Source: an uncultured Chloroflexia bacterium (GTDB lineage Bacteria > Chloroflexota > Anaerolineae > CG2-30-64-16). From it: 64,000 bases of DNA. The notes beneath the pieces were generated by a model, which worked only from the letters and a program-made list of their open reading frames with translations, did no database searches and had not been told where the DNA came from. The stretch's first letter is position 1; each line of letters starts with the position of its first letter. The position numbers were made by a program, and so were the translations under genes. Shown here in pieces: positions 9,361 through 20,559 of this stretch. The DNA is taken from positions 704,001 to 768,000 of the forward strand of contig CAVZDU010000001.1 of NCBI GenBank assembly GCA_963774265.1, given 5' to 3'.

Positions 9361-10410
9361 ATGAAGAACATCATGGTAACCGGCGGCGCTGGCTTTATCG
9401 GCTCGAACTTCGTCCGCTATATGCTGGAACAGCACCCGGACTATAAGATTCTCGTTTACGACAAACTGACCTACGCTGGCAACCCCGATAACCTGCTCGA
9501 TGTCAACGATAACCCTCGGTTCAGATTCGTCAAGGCCGACATCTGTGACGCGCAGGCGGTAGCTGACGCCATCACCGCGCATGGGATCGACACGATCGTC
9601 AATTTCGCCGCTGAAACCCATGTCGACCGTTCCATTATGGACCCCGATGCCTTCATCCAGACCGACGTCTACGGCACCTATGTCCTGTTGGAGGCCGCGC
9701 GCAAATTCGGGCTGGAGCGCTATCATCAGATTTCCACCGACGAGGTCTACGGCCACATCCACGGTGAGCACCGGTCGCTGGAGACCGACTCCGTGGCCCC
9801 TCGCAGCCCCTATGCGGCAAGCAAGACGAGTGGTGATCTGATGGCCATTGCCTATCATGTCACCTACGACCTGCCCGTGACCATCACCCGTGGTGCTAAC
9901 AACATCGGCCCGTACCAATACCCGGAGAAGGTCATCCCACTGTTTGTAACGAACGCTATTGATAACCTGTCCCTTCCGGTATACGGTGACGGGAAGCAGC
10001 GCCGCGACTACCAGTATGTTATGGATCACTGTGAGGGCATCGACGTGGTGCTGCATCGGGGTGCGCTGGGCGAGACTTACAACGTCGGCACCGGGGGCGA
10101 GATGGAGAACCTTCGCATGGTGGAGATCCTGCTCGATGAGTTGGGCAAGCCGGACTCACTGATTCAGCACGTGGAGGACCGGCCTGGCCACGACCGGCGC
10201 TATTGCCTGAACGTGGATAAGCTCAAGGCACTTGGTTGGGCTCCGCGCCACACCCATGAGGAGGCCATCCGCATCACCGTGCGGTGGTACGTTCAAAACG
10301 AATGGTGGTGGCGCAAGATCAAGTCAGGGGAATTCAAGGAGTACTACAAGCGGCTCTACGGCGATCGCAAAGTCATCCATCCATCATCCCAAAGAGACGG
10401 TGCCCAATAA
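9361..10410 (+). CDS. rfbB: dTDP-glucose 4,6-dehydratase
   Basis: 'VTGGAGFIGSN', 'DKLTYAGN', 'AAETHVDRSI', 'STDEVYG', 'YAASK', 'DRPGHD'. Confidence 0.95.
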   Translation: MKNIMVTGGAGFIGSNFVRYMLEQHPDYKILVYDKLTYAGNPDNLLDVNDNPRFRFVKADICDAQAVADAITAHGIDTIVNFAAETHVDRSIMDPDAFIQTDVYGTYVLLEAARKFGLERYHQISTDEVYGHIHGEHRSLETDSVAPRSPYAASKTSGDLMAIAYHVTYDLPVTITRGANNIGPYQYPEKVIPLFVTNAIDNLSLPVYGDGKQRRDYQYVMDHCEGIDVVLHRGALGETYNVGTGGEMENLRMVEILLDELGKPDSLIQHVEDRPGHDRRYCLNVDKLKALGWAPRHTHEEAIRITVRWYVQNEWWWRKIKSGEFKEYYKRLYGDRKVIHPSSQRDGAQ

Positions 10411-10435
10411 TCGTCAGGGGAGGCGTGCCTTGTCT

Positions 10436-11395
10436 ATGAAGATGTATGGCGATCTGATGGTCTTCAGTGGCACCGCGAACGCGCACCTGGCGCACGCGGC
10501 TGCGGCGCGCCTTGGGGCCTCGCTGGGTGGGGCCGATATCGTGCAATTTCCCAACAGCAACACCTTCGTGCGGCTGCATCAAAGCGTGCGCGCCAAAGAC
10601 GTTTTTATCATTCAACCCACGGCTGCGCCTACCAATGAAAACCTGATGGAGTTGTTGATCTTCATCGACACACTACGCCGCGACTCTGCAGGCCGGATTA
10701 CAGCGGTCGTACCCTACTACGGATATGGCCGGACTGACAAGAAAGATCAACCACGCGTGCCCATCACGGCGCGTCTGGTGGCTGACTTGATCGCCGTAGC
10801 GGGCGCGGATCGCTTCGTCACTATAGATTTGCACGCCAAGCAGATCCAGGGCTTTTTCTCGATTCCGTGCGATGAGTTGCCGGCGTTGAGCCTGTTCGTA
10901 GAGCACTTTCGCAATCACCCGGTGCCAAATGCCGTCGTTGTCTCACCCGACATCGGCGCGTTGCGCCGGGCGCGCAACTTCGCGGAGCAGCTGGAATTAC
11001 CTCTCGCGGTCATCGAGAAGCGGCGTTCGCTCGACGGCAACCGAACCGAAACGCTCAATATCATCGGCGACATTGAAGATAAACACGTCATTCTGGTCGA
11101 TGATGAGATCGATACAGCGGGCACCCTGGTGCGTGCCGCCAGCTACATTCGGGATCAGGGCGCGCTTGACATCGTCGCCTGCGCCACCCATCCCGTGCTT
11201 TCTGAGCCGGCTGTCGACCGGATTCGCGAGAGCGTACTGAGCGAGGTCATATTCTGCGACACCATCGCCATTTCCCAAGACAAATGCCGGCGCAGTGGGG
11301 GTAAGATATCTATACTCCCCGTCGCCCCGCTCCTCGCCGATGTCATGCAGCGTATCCATGAGGGGCGCTCGGTCGGCGAGCTATTCGACGAATAA
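10436..11395 (+). CDS. prs: Ribose-phosphate pyrophosphokinase
   Basis: '[11 protein letters not shown]', '[11 protein letters not shown]', '[10 protein letters not shown]'. Confidence 0.95.
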   Translation: MKMYGDLMVFSGTANAHLAHAAAARLGASLGGADIVQFPNSNTFVRLHQSVRAKDVFIIQPTAAPTNENLMELLIFIDTLRRDSAGRITAVVPYYGYGRTDKKDQPRVPITARLVADLIAVAGADRFVTIDLHAKQIQGFFSIPCDELPALSLFVEHFRNHPVPNAVVVSPDIGALRRARNFAEQLELPLAVIEKRRSLDGNRTETLNIIGDIEDKHVILVDDEIDTAGTLVRAASYIRDQGALDIVACATHPVLSEPAVDRIRESVLSEVIFCDTIAISQDKCRRSGGKISILPVAPLLADVMQRIHEGRSVGELFDE

Positions 11396-11447
11396 CGTAC
11401 TCAAGGGCGGGCAAGACCGCTCTGGCCCTAGAAACGGAACAACAACT

Positions 11448-14417
11448 GTGTTTAAGAACCTGGTCAAGAAAGTCTTTGGTGATCCCAACGACAAAGAAGT
11501 TCGGCGCATGAGTCCGGTTGTCGAGCAAATCAACGCACTCGAGCCCGAATTCGAGCGTATGAGTGACGACGAACTGCGCGAGCAGACTGAGATGTTCCGC
11601 GCTACCATCGCGCAACGTGTCGGATCGCTGCCCGAGGAGTTGGCTGTTGCGCGCGAAGCGCTGCTCCAGGAAACCGACGCAAACGACCGCATCCAGAATC
11701 AGATCGAGGTTGACCGGGTACAGAAGGAGTTGCGTCAGGCCGAAGCCGATGCGATGGATGAGATCACCCCGCGCGCGTTCGCCGCGGTGCGGGAGGCGGC
11801 CAAACGCAGTATCGGGCTGCGCCACTACGATGTCCAGATGATCGGCGGGATGGTGCTGCATCAGGGCAAGATCGCCGAAATGAAGACCGGCGAAGGCAAG
11901 ACCCTCGTTGCCACACTGCCGCTGTATCTCAACGCTCTCACCGGTCGCGGTGCGCACCTGGTCACGCCCAACGATTACCTGTCCAAGTATGGCGTGCAGT
12001 GGATGGGCCCGATCTACCACATGCTCGGCGTCAGCGTCGGCGTCATCCAGTCAGCAGCGGCCAATCCCGAGCTCGGCTCGTTCGTCTTCGATCCTGACTT
12101 CCCTGACTGCGGACGACCGCTACCGCAACCTGCGCCCGGTCAGTCGCCGTGAGGCCTATCACGCGGACATCACCTACGGCACGAATAACGAGTTTGGTTT
12201 TGACTATCTGCGCGACAACATGGTCTCGGACCTGGCCGAATGCGTCCAGCGCGACCTGCACTATGCCATTGTCGACGAGGTCGACAACATCCTTATCGAT
12301 GAGGCGCGCACTCCGCTCATTATCTCCGGACAGGCGCAGGAATCGTCCGACCTGTACTCGAAGTTCGCCCAGTTGGTGCGCCGGCTCTCGCCCGAGCGTG
12401 ACTACAAGGTCGATGAGAAGGATCGGCTCGTCACCCTCACCGACGAGGGCATCGCGCGTGTCGAGAACCTGATGGGTCTTTCTGCGGGACAGAGTCTCTA
12501 CGACCCCGAGAACTATGAGATGACTCCCTACCTGGATAATGCACTGCGCGCTAACGTCCTCTATCACCTGGACCGCGATTACATCGTCAAGGATGGTGAG
12601 GTCATCATCGTGGACGAGTTCACCGGTCGCCTGATGTACGGCCGGCGCTTCTCCGAGGGTCTCCACCAGGCCATCGAGGCCAAGGAGGGCGTGCGGGTGC
12701 AGCGCGAATCGCTGACCCTGGCTACCATCACCTTCCAGAACTACTTCCGCATGTATGAGAAGCTCGCCGGCATGACCGGCACCGCGATGACCGAGGCGGA
12801 GGAGTTCGGCAAGATCTACAACCTGGACGTGATTGCGATCCCGACTCAACGAAGCCGTCGTCCGCGAAGACTACTCCGATCAGGTTTACAAGTCGCAGCG
12901 CGCCAAGTTTCGCGCGGTGGTGAATGAAATCGAGCAGCTACATCAGAAGGGCCAGCCCGTACTCGTCGGCACCGTGGCCATCGAGACGTCCGAGATGCTC
13001 TCCGACCTGCTCAAACGCAAGGGTGTGCCGCACAACGTGCTCAACGCAAAGCAGCATGAGCGCGAGGCTGGCATCATCGCACAGGCCGGACGCCCGGGCA
13101 CCGTGACCATCGCCACTAACATGGCCGGCCGTGGCGTCGATATCTTGCTGGGCGGCAACGCGGACGGCATCGCGCGCGAGCGGCTGCGCAAGAATGGCGT
13201 CAACCTTGCCGAGCTTTCCGAGGACGACCCGGTCTGGCTGGAGGCCCTGGCCGAGGGCAAAGCTGAGGTCGAGGTCGACCGGGCGCGCGTCATCGCGGCG
13301 GGCGGCCTTCACGTCTTGGGCACCGAACGCCACGAGGCGCGGCGCATCGATAACCAGCTCCGCGGCCGTTCGGGCCGCCAGGGTGATCCGGGATCCTCGC
13401 GCTTTTTCGTCAGCCTTGATGACGACCTGATGCGCCGGTTTGGTGGTCAGAGTGTCGCGAACATCATGGATCGGTTCGGCCTGGAAGAGGACGTGCCTAT
13501 CGAACATAACATCGTCAGCAAGGCCATCGAGAACGCCCAGGTGCGTGTCGAGGGCTATAACTTCGACATCCGTAAGCACGTGCTTGAATATGATGATGTT
13601 GTTAACAAGCAACGCGAGGTCATCTACAACCAGCGCCGCCAGATCCTGAGTGAGCCGACCATGCGACCCACCATCATGGGCATGATCGAGGACGAGCTGC
13701 GCAAGTTGGTGATGCTAGTCACGTCCGATCAGGAGAATGAGCGGAACCAGCCCTTGGAACGCAGCGAGTGGGACCTGGAGTCTCTCGCCGGTGAGGTGCA
13801 TAAGATTTTGCCCCTTCCGGAGGGCGAAGACCCTGAGGCCTGGCGCAGTTTCACCGCCAATGATTTGGCAGATCATTTGGTTGCCTTGGCTGAAGCAGCC
13901 TACGACGCGCGGCGAACAGTCGATGGGCGAGGCCGACATGCGCCGGCTCGAACGCCTCGTCATGCTGCGACTCGTAGATAACCGCTGGATTCGCCACTTG
14001 ACTGATTTGGATGAATTGCGCGAAGGCATCGGATTGCGCGCGTTCGCCCAACTGGACCCGCTGGTCGCTTACAAACGCGAGGCCAGTGAGATGTATGCGG
14101 ACTTGGTCGCGTCGATTTCGCACGACATCGCCTATACGATCTTCCACATGCAGCTCATGACGAGACCCGTCGCTCCGCCGGTTCGCCAAATTCAAACCAA
14201 CCGTAGCGATGGCGCCGCCCAACCCGTGCGTGCCACCAGCAAACAGCAGCTCGGCCGTAACGACCCGTGCTGGTGCGGCAGCGGCAAGAAGTACAAACAG
14301 TGCCACATGCGCGAAGATATGGGCCGCGCACCGGCGACTGCCGCGACGGGGACGGGGGGCGGCGCCGCGGCGCCTTCCGCCTCCCGTCGGCCGGCAAAAC
14401 CGGGTAAACGCCGCTAG
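11448..14417 (+). CDS. secA: Preprotein translocase SecA (three apparent frameshifts near 12100, 12845, 13910)
   Basis: 'EMKTGEGKT', '[15 protein letters not shown]', 'TNMAGRG', '[11 protein letters not shown]', SEC-C '[18 protein letters not shown]' across consecutive frames. Confidence 0.95.
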
Positions 14418-14428
14418 CATCAAACCGT

Positions 14429-14469
14429 GTTGTAGAGACGATTGCCGATACGTGCAACGTCTCTACAAC
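14429..14469. repeat. GTAG-type REP palindrome (GTAGAGACG...CGTCTCTAC)
   Basis: Inverted repeat after secA stop; related copy at 49569-49612. Confidence 0.75.
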
Positions 14470-14493
14470 GTCTCTTTGAGATGGGATCGCACA

Positions 14494-15870
14494 ATGCCGC
14501 CAAAGCCACGCGAATGGATCTACCTTCCGCGTCACACCGACCTGACGCGCATCTTCGACGCTGCGTGCAGTATGGACTGCCTTTCCGTGGTCGGCGTGAG
14601 CAACCTCGGCAAGTCGGCCACCCTGCGCGCCCTGTGCGATCCGGCCGTGCAGACTCAGCACCTATCCGTCGATGCGCGCGATTACCTGTTTGTCTACATT
14701 GACTTCAATCAGATGCTAGTCATGAGCGACCAGGCGTTTTATGAGCTGATCCTTCGCGCATCCATCGAAGCCATTCGCAGCCAGAACATTAATGGCGATG
14801 TGCTGCGCAAGGTGGAGGCCGCTTACACCAGCCTGGTTGCGCCGGGGAGCCCGTTCGAGGTCCCTCTGGGGTTCACCCAAGGCATGGCAGCCATCGGCGA
14901 TCAACTCGAGCAGAAGGTCGTTTTTCTCTTTGACGAGGTCGATGGGCCGGTGGCCGGGATCGATGGCCGCGTTTTTCTCAATCTGCGCGGGCTGCGCGAT
15001 CGCCACCGCAATGGTCTGACCTATGTCACCGCAACCAACCGCCGGCTGGATCAAATTCGACGCGACTCGGATGTGTTGGAGTTCGCCGAGATGTTCGAGC
15101 ACAGCACGCTGTATATCTCGATGCTGCAGGAGGCCGAGATTCGCCAGCTCGCCATGCGCTATGCGGAGGAAGAAGGCCTCACTTTCAGTGAGGACGACTT
15201 CGCATATATCCGCCTGTGGAGCGGGGGACATCCAGCCCTGCTCGAAACCACGTGTCGCATCCTTGGCATGCTGACCGGCCGGCCCATGCGCGATTCTGCG
15301 CAGGACTGGATCATCCACCGCCGAGCGACTGAAGTGCTGACTCAGGATCTCAACGTGATCGGCGAGTGCCGCAAGATTTGGAACGATCTGGACGACGTTG
15401 AGCAGGAGGCGCTGTTGGCAGTCTCAGCCGGCAGTGAGAACGCCCTCGCCGGAGGGCTCGATAGCCTGATGGCGAAGCACCTGGTTACGCTCAATGGCGC
15501 AGAGTACAAGATTTTTTCGCGCTGCTTCGGGGAGTTCGTTGGTCGACAGAGTTTCTCGCGGCGGCCCGGCCCCCAGGCGTTTCGTGTCGATCCTGAAAGT
15601 GGCGATGTGTGGGTCAACGGCGAAAAGATCCCAACCCTCACGAACCTGGAGTATCGCCTCTTACTGCTCTTGTACGGCCGCATCGGCAAGATCGTTACCA
15701 AGTACGAGGTGGTGGAGGCGGTCTGGGGCGAGGATTATATCGACGACGTAGACGATGCGCGCATCGAAAAACTCGTCAGCCGTCTGCGTCAGAAGGTCGA
15801 GCCGGATCCTGCCAACCCTAAGCACCTGCAAACCGTGCGTGGACGTGGATACAAGCTCGCAGACAGCTAA
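14494..15870 (+). CDS. P-loop ATPase (STAND/AAA-like) fused to OmpR/PhoB-type winged-helix DNA-binding domain
   Basis: Walker A 'GVSNLGKS', Walker B 'VVFLFDE'; C-terminal 'LTNLEYRLL...VWG...VSRLRQKVEPDPANP..LQTVRGRGY'. Confidence 0.85.
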   Translation: MPPKPREWIYLPRHTDLTRIFDAACSMDCLSVVGVSNLGKSATLRALCDPAVQTQHLSVDARDYLFVYIDFNQMLVMSDQAFYELILRASIEAIRSQNINGDVLRKVEAAYTSLVAPGSPFEVPLGFTQGMAAIGDQLEQKVVFLFDEVDGPVAGIDGRVFLNLRGLRDRHRNGLTYVTATNRRLDQIRRDSDVLEFAEMFEHSTLYISMLQEAEIRQLAMRYAEEEGLTFSEDDFAYIRLWSGGHPALLETTCRILGMLTGRPMRDSAQDWIIHRRATEVLTQDLNVIGECRKIWNDLDDVEQEALLAVSAGSENALAGGLDSLMAKHLVTLNGAEYKIFSRCFGEFVGRQSFSRRPGPQAFRVDPESGDVWVNGEKIPTLTNLEYRLLLLLYGRIGKIVTKYEVVEAVWGEDYIDDVDDARIEKLVSRLRQKVEPDPANPKHLQTVRGRGYKLADS

Positions 15871-15933
15871 TGCGAGGATGATAAAATAACGGCAGGTCCT
15901 GCAACCCATCGGTGTTTGTTTACGTGCAGACCT

Positions 15934-15988
15934 TGTCAGAATCCTGTCCGCCGCGGGTCATGCGAAGCCCGGCTGGTTGAATTATGAT
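15934..15988 (+). promoter_or_regulatory. Pho-box-like 11-bp direct repeats and -10 box for the pspA operon
   Basis: TGTCA 15934, TGTCC 15945, GGTCA 15956; TATGAT 15983-15988. Confidence 0.55.
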
Positions 15989-16038
15989 ACTGACAGCAAG
16001 TATCTGAAATCCCATTTCTTGTTCAGGAGGCGTACGCC

Positions 16039-16725
16039 ATGGCAACCCTTCTCGAGAAGGTCCAAACGCTCATCTCGGCCAACCTGCACTACCTGGTCGA
16101 TCAGTCGCTTAAGCAGAACTCGATCGCGGTCATCAATCAATACATCCGCGAGGTAGAGAATAACCTCGATGACCTGTCGGAGGCGACCGCGACCGTCGGG
16201 GGCAATGTAAAGACCATCCGGCGTAAGTACGAGGAGTTTCAGGCCAAGGCCGCGGAACTGGATCGCAACATCGATCTGTTTCTGCGCGAGGGTCGTGATG
16301 ACCTGGCCCGAGCCGCCCAGAGCAAATACAACTCGACTCAGCGTCTGGTGGAAACCTACGCGCAGCAAATGGAACAGATGCAGCGCGAGTATCAGAACCT
16401 GATCGACGCGCGGCTCAAGTTGGAAGCCAAGCTGACCACCATCAAGCAGGAGCGCGAGGAGTTGGAGGCCCTGCTCGAGCTGGCCAAGTCCAAGGAAATC
16501 ACTGCGAAGACCATCAGGTCTCTGGACGATTTGGCCGGCGTGGGCGATGCGGACGTGGCGCGCATTGCCGACTCCATTCGCCAACGTCTGGATCGCGCCT
16601 CTGCAGAGAGCGAGATGCGCGCGGCAAGCCTGGACAAGCAGATGGACGACTTGCTGGATCGCGGCGAGCTCGACAACCAATTGACTGCCCGCAAGGCGCG
16701 GTTGGGGCTGCAGAAGGGCGGCTGA
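16039..16725 (+). CDS. PspA/IM30 (ESCRT-III-like) protein 1
   Basis: N-terminal amphipathic helix 'MATLLEKVQTLISANL', long coiled coils, 'GRDDLARAA', C-terminal 'LTARKARLG'. Confidence 0.85.
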   Translation: MATLLEKVQTLISANLHYLVDQSLKQNSIAVINQYIREVENNLDDLSEATATVGGNVKTIRRKYEEFQAKAAELDRNIDLFLREGRDDLARAAQSKYNSTQRLVETYAQQMEQMQREYQNLIDARLKLEAKLTTIKQEREELEALLELAKSKEITAKTIRSLDDLAGVGDADVARIADSIRQRLDRASAESEMRAASLDKQMDDLLDRGELDNQLTARKARLGLQKGG

Positions 16726-16782
16726 TTCGTACCCTGGAAGCCAGGTTTCTGTACGGAGACCTGGCTCCCGTAGGAGCATCCT

Positions 16783-17466
16783 ATGGCAACTCTTCTCGAC
16801 AAAATTCAAACCCTGGTCTCTGCTGATATCAACCGGCTGGTTGACCGTGGACTGGGCGCGACCAACCAGGAGGCCATGTACCGGCATCACGTCCGCGAGT
16901 TGCAGACCATGCAGGAGCAGCTGAACAGCCAGATGGTCAGCCTGCGGGCTGAAATCACCCAGATGCACCGCCGGGCGGAAGAACAGCTAGCCGTGGTCGC
17001 GCAGCAAGACGCGGAAGTGGATCGGCTGCTCCAAGAGGGTCTCCAGGAAGATGCGTTGGCCGCGCAGGACAGGCTGAACCAGAATCGCCTGAACGCCGGG
17101 ATGCTGACCGAGCGGGTGGAACGGCTCGAGTCCGAGTATGCCCAGCTGGCTGAAGCTAAGGCCCAACTCGACACTCGTATCGACACCCTGGTGCGCAGCG
17201 AGCCGGAGGTCCGCAGCATGTTGGGCTTGTCCCGTGCCAAACAGCTCACAGCCGCGGCGCGCGAGTCGTTGGACGACCTGGAGGGTGTAGGTGACCCGGA
17301 CGCCGCCCGCGTGGTCGGCGACATCCGCACCCGGCTGGCCGAAGCTGAGGCGCAGCTCCAGGAGTTGGAGCAGCGGGGCCTTGCCCGGGGCGAAACCCCA
17401 GAAGTTCTGAAACGTAAAGAGTTAGAGGCGCAGTTGGAAGCGCGCAAGGCGCGGCTGGGCCTGTAG
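16783..17466 (+). CDS. PspA/IM30 (ESCRT-III-like) protein 2
   Basis: Paralogue of the upstream gene: 'MATLLDKIQTLVSADI', 'SLDDLEGVGD', 'LEARKARLGL'. Confidence 0.8.
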   Translation: MATLLDKIQTLVSADINRLVDRGLGATNQEAMYRHHVRELQTMQEQLNSQMVSLRAEITQMHRRAEEQLAVVAQQDAEVDRLLQEGLQEDALAAQDRLNQNRLNAGMLTERVERLESEYAQLAEAKAQLDTRIDTLVRSEPEVRSMLGLSRAKQLTAAARESLDDLEGVGDPDAARVVGDIRTRLAEAEAQLQELEQRGLARGETPEVLKRKELEAQLEARKARLGL

Positions 17467-17483
17467 GCATAGAAGGAGACCCC

Positions 17484-18827
17484 ATGTCCCTGGCACCGAT
17501 CATCGGAGCGCTGGCCGTTGGCCTGATCGCGCTCGTCCTGGCAATTTACTTCTTTGCCGCGCGTAGCGGACAGCGCACGCAGGCCATCTTCTTTCTGATC
17601 GTCGGCCTGGTACTGTTGGTGGTCGGTGGCGCGCTGGGTTGGCAACGATTCAGCGCGACCAACCCGGGCGGTTCTGCACCGCTGGTCGCCACCCCCAAGG
17701 GGCCGATCCAGATCCGCATTCTCACTGCGCTCCCCATCGAACCGTGGGTGCGCGAGGCTGCCAAACAGTTCAACGAGGGCATCTTCACCCAGGACGGTCA
17801 ACCGGTCGAAGTCCAGGTGACGGCCATGGACGGGCTGACCGCGTTGGGCAAGTTCGACCGCGACGACTTTGGGTCGCTCGGCGATCGTACGCGTGATCAG
17901 CTCACCCCCGAAGAACTTACCCGTCTGGAAAGCACCTTCCCGACGGTGTGGATTCCCGACAGCCGCTATCTTGTCGAGCTGGCGAATGCGTCTTACAAGG
18001 AGCGCATCGGCCGCGATGTCTTCCTGACCGACGGCGAGTATCGCGCGCGGCCCATCGCCATCTCCCTGTTTGTATGGGGTATCTACCAAAGCCGCTCTGC
18101 CGTACTGGAGCGAAAGTTCGGCGAGATCACATGGGCAACGATTCATGATGCCGCCATCGCCAAGGGCGGCTGGCCCGAACTGGGTGGTGAAAAGAGTTGG
18201 CAATTCTTCAAGCTTGTTGTGCCCAACCCCCGGCGCAATGTCGGCGGTCTGGCCGCAATGATCGCCGCGGCCGGCGAGTATTACGACCGAACGAACATCT
18301 CGGTCGACGATGTGATGGCTCCCGAATTTCAGAAGTGGCTCGGTGAGTTGATGAGTTCACTGACGGATGTCAGCGGCGCGAGCGCGAACACGGCGGAGGA
18401 CTTCGCCCTGTTTGGCTATTCGGCCGGCGACGGCGGACAACTTCTGGAAAGCGATCTGCTCAATAACATGGAAGGTATACGCACGCGCTGGTCCGACCCG
18501 CTGGTGATCCGTTATCCCAAATACGTCACGTGGTTTGACTTCCCGTATACCGTCTGGGTCGGCCCCGAAACCACGGCGGCCGAGAAGAACGCCGCGCTTC
18601 AATTCCAGCAGTTCCTGCTGACGCCTGACATGCAACGTCTGGCCGTGCAGGCCGGCCTGCGGCCCGTGATCAACGAGGTGAACGTCACCGAGGGTCAAAA
18701 CCTCTTCACGCAGTGGCAGGCGCAGGGCGTCGAGGCGGTTGTGCCGCGCACCACGCGTATGGCCTCGCCTAGCCGCGATGTTTTGCTTGCGCTCCTGCGC
18801 TGGTTTGATCTGAACGTGGGGAAGTAA
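17484..18827 (+). CDS. Membrane-anchored solute-binding-fold protein (SBP_bac_11-like)
   Basis: Two N-terminal TM segments; 'PTVWIPDS', 'ESDL', 'FQQFLLTPDMQRLAVQAGLRP'. Confidence 0.7.
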   Translation: MSLAPIIGALAVGLIALVLAIYFFAARSGQRTQAIFFLIVGLVLLVVGGALGWQRFSATNPGGSAPLVATPKGPIQIRILTALPIEPWVREAAKQFNEGIFTQDGQPVEVQVTAMDGLTALGKFDRDDFGSLGDRTRDQLTPEELTRLESTFPTVWIPDSRYLVELANASYKERIGRDVFLTDGEYRARPIAISLFVWGIYQSRSAVLERKFGEITWATIHDAAIAKGGWPELGGEKSWQFFKLVVPNPRRNVGGLAAMIAAAGEYYDRTNISVDDVMAPEFQKWLGELMSSLTDVSGASANTAEDFALFGYSAGDGGQLLESDLLNNMEGIRTRWSDPLVIRYPKYVTWFDFPYTVWVGPETTAAEKNAALQFQQFLLTPDMQRLAVQAGLRPVINEVNVTEGQNLFTQWQAQGVEAVVPRTTRMASPSRDVLLALLRWFDLNVGK

Positions 18828-18828
18828 C

Positions 18829-20559
18829 ATGAAGAAGACGCGGAACGATCAGCGTACCGTTGTCATCGCCCTCGTCGCGGCCTTGGCGGTCTTTCTCCTC
18901 CTATGTGTGGTGCTGGCGCTGATCTTCATCCCCGCTCGCCGGACGACAACTGTGGAGCCGGGTGTTGCGACGCAGTCCGACCCGCGCTCGGCCACCCTGG
19001 TCATTGCCCATTCGCCGGAGAAAGCTACGCTCGTTCAGTCCCTGGTGGAGCGCTTCAACCGAGAGAAGCAGCGCACAGCCGACGGGCAAACCATGCGCAT
19101 CGAGCTGCTGGAGTTGACATCCGAGGAGATGGTTAACCAGGCGCTGGCCGGCCTGAACACCTACCAGGCCATCACACCGGATTCTTCCTTGTGGCTCGAT
19201 CAGCTCAATAGGCGGTGGGCGCAAAGCCAATCCGACCAGTCGGAGCCGGGCGCAATCACATCCAGCCTGACCGGCGAGCCGGTGCGTTACGCCATCAGCC
19301 CGATCGTCATTGCAGCCTGGGAGGATCTCGCCCGATCGCTGGGTTGGCCTGACCAGCCGGTGAGTTGGAGCACTTTGCAGAGCCGTGCGCAGGGGGACGC
19401 CAACTTCCGCTGGAGCCACCCGAGCACCGCGTACGCCAGCGGCCTGCTAGCTACACTGGCCGAGTTTTACGCGGGTGCTGGCGTCCAGCGTGGGCTTACT
19501 GCCGAAATGGCTCAGGACCCGAAGACGGTCGAGTATGTCTCAGCGATTGAGAAATCGGTGAAATACTACGGCGAAGCCGAGCTGGCCGTCATCCAGCGCG
19601 TGGCGCAAGATCGCACCGCCCTTGACGCGTTTGTGGTCTCGGAACAACTTGTCATCGCCTTCAATACCGGCAAGTTCGGAAATGCTTCGCCGTCAAACAA
19701 ACTCGTCGCCCTCTATCCCGCGGAAGGCTCCTTCTGGGCTGACCATCCGCTGGCATTGCTTGAGACGCCCGCATTGACCGACAACCAGCGGCGCACCTTC
19801 CAGGCGTTTCGCGAATTCCTGGGCGGGGCCGAAACGCAAAAATCCATCATGGAAGCAGGTTATCGGCCAACGGATCTGAGCCTGTCGCTCACCGGCGAGG
19901 GCTCTCCCTTCTCCGCGACAAACGGCGTCGATCCTAAACAGCCGCAGACCACGCTCCAACTGCCCACGGCCGACGTTGTGCAGGTGGTCCAGAACGTGTG
20001 GGCTTTGACGAAGCGAAAGACGAACGTGTTTTTAGTTGTTGACACGTCCGGTTCCATGCAGGGCGACAAGCTGCGCAGCGCTAAAGCCGCACTCCGCACC
20101 TTCCTTGCGCAAATCCCGAGCGACCAGGAAAAGGTGGGACTTGTTGAATTCAATACGGCTGTGGCGAACATCATCGAATTGGACATGCTGGCCAATAACC
20201 GGGCAGTTTTGAACAGTGCCGTGGATGGGTTGACCGCAAACGGCAATACGGCTCTCCTCGACGGAGTGCGCGTGGCGTATGCACGCCTCCAACAGAATGC
20301 GGAACCCGAGCGCATCAACGCGATCGTGGCGATGACTGACGGTCGCGAGAATGCATCGATGGTCAGCCTGCGCCAACTCGTCGGCGAAATTCAAGCGAAC
20401 AACCCCAACTTGCCTGTCGTCATCTTCTGCATCGCATATGGCAGTGACGCCGACTATGCCGTACTCCAGGCTATTGCAGACGCAAGCAGCGGTCAGGTGC
20501 GCGAAGGCAACGAGGAGACGATTCGTGACTTGTACAAGATCCTGTCGAGCTATTTCTGA
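18829..20559 (+). CDS. Membrane-anchored solute-binding-fold and von Willebrand A domain protein
   Basis: N-terminal TM; SBP motifs 'TPDSS', 'SPIVIA', 'DHPL', 'GYRP'; vWA MIDAS 'DTSGS...T...MTDG'. Confidence 0.85.
   Translation: MKKTRNDQRTVVIALVAALAVFLLLCVVLALIFIPARRTTTVEPGVATQSDPRSATLVIAHSPEKATLVQSLVERFNREKQRTADGQTMRIELLELTSEEMVNQALAGLNTYQAITPDSSLWLDQLNRRWAQSQSDQSEPGAITSSLTGEPVRYAISPIVIAAWEDLARSLGWPDQPVSWSTLQSRAQGDANFRWSHPSTAYASGLLATLAEFYAGAGVQRGLTAEMAQDPKTVEYVSAIEKSVKYYGEAELAVIQRVAQDRTALDAFVVSEQLVIAFNTGKFGNASPSNKLVALYPAEGSFWADHPLALLETPALTDNQRRTFQAFREFLGGAETQKSIMEAGYRPTDLSLSLTGEGSPFSATNGVDPKQPQTTLQLPTADVVQVVQNVWALTKRKTNVFLVVDTSGSMQGDKLRSAKAALRTFLAQIPSDQEKVGLVEFNTAVANIIELDMLANNRAVLNSAVDGLTANGNTALLDGVRVAYARLQQNAEPERINAIVAMTDGRENASMVSLRQLVGEIQANNPNLPVVIFCIAYGSDADYAVLQAIADASSGQVREGNEETIRDLYKILSSYF

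Noticed and set aside
11448-14417. secA (and argH, aor, hdrABC, permease, wzz) as pseudogenes or programmed frameshifts
   Set aside because: Breaks are scattered single-base shifts even in an essential gene, with motifs intact and no in-frame nonsense decay. Sequencing indels are the simplest explanation.
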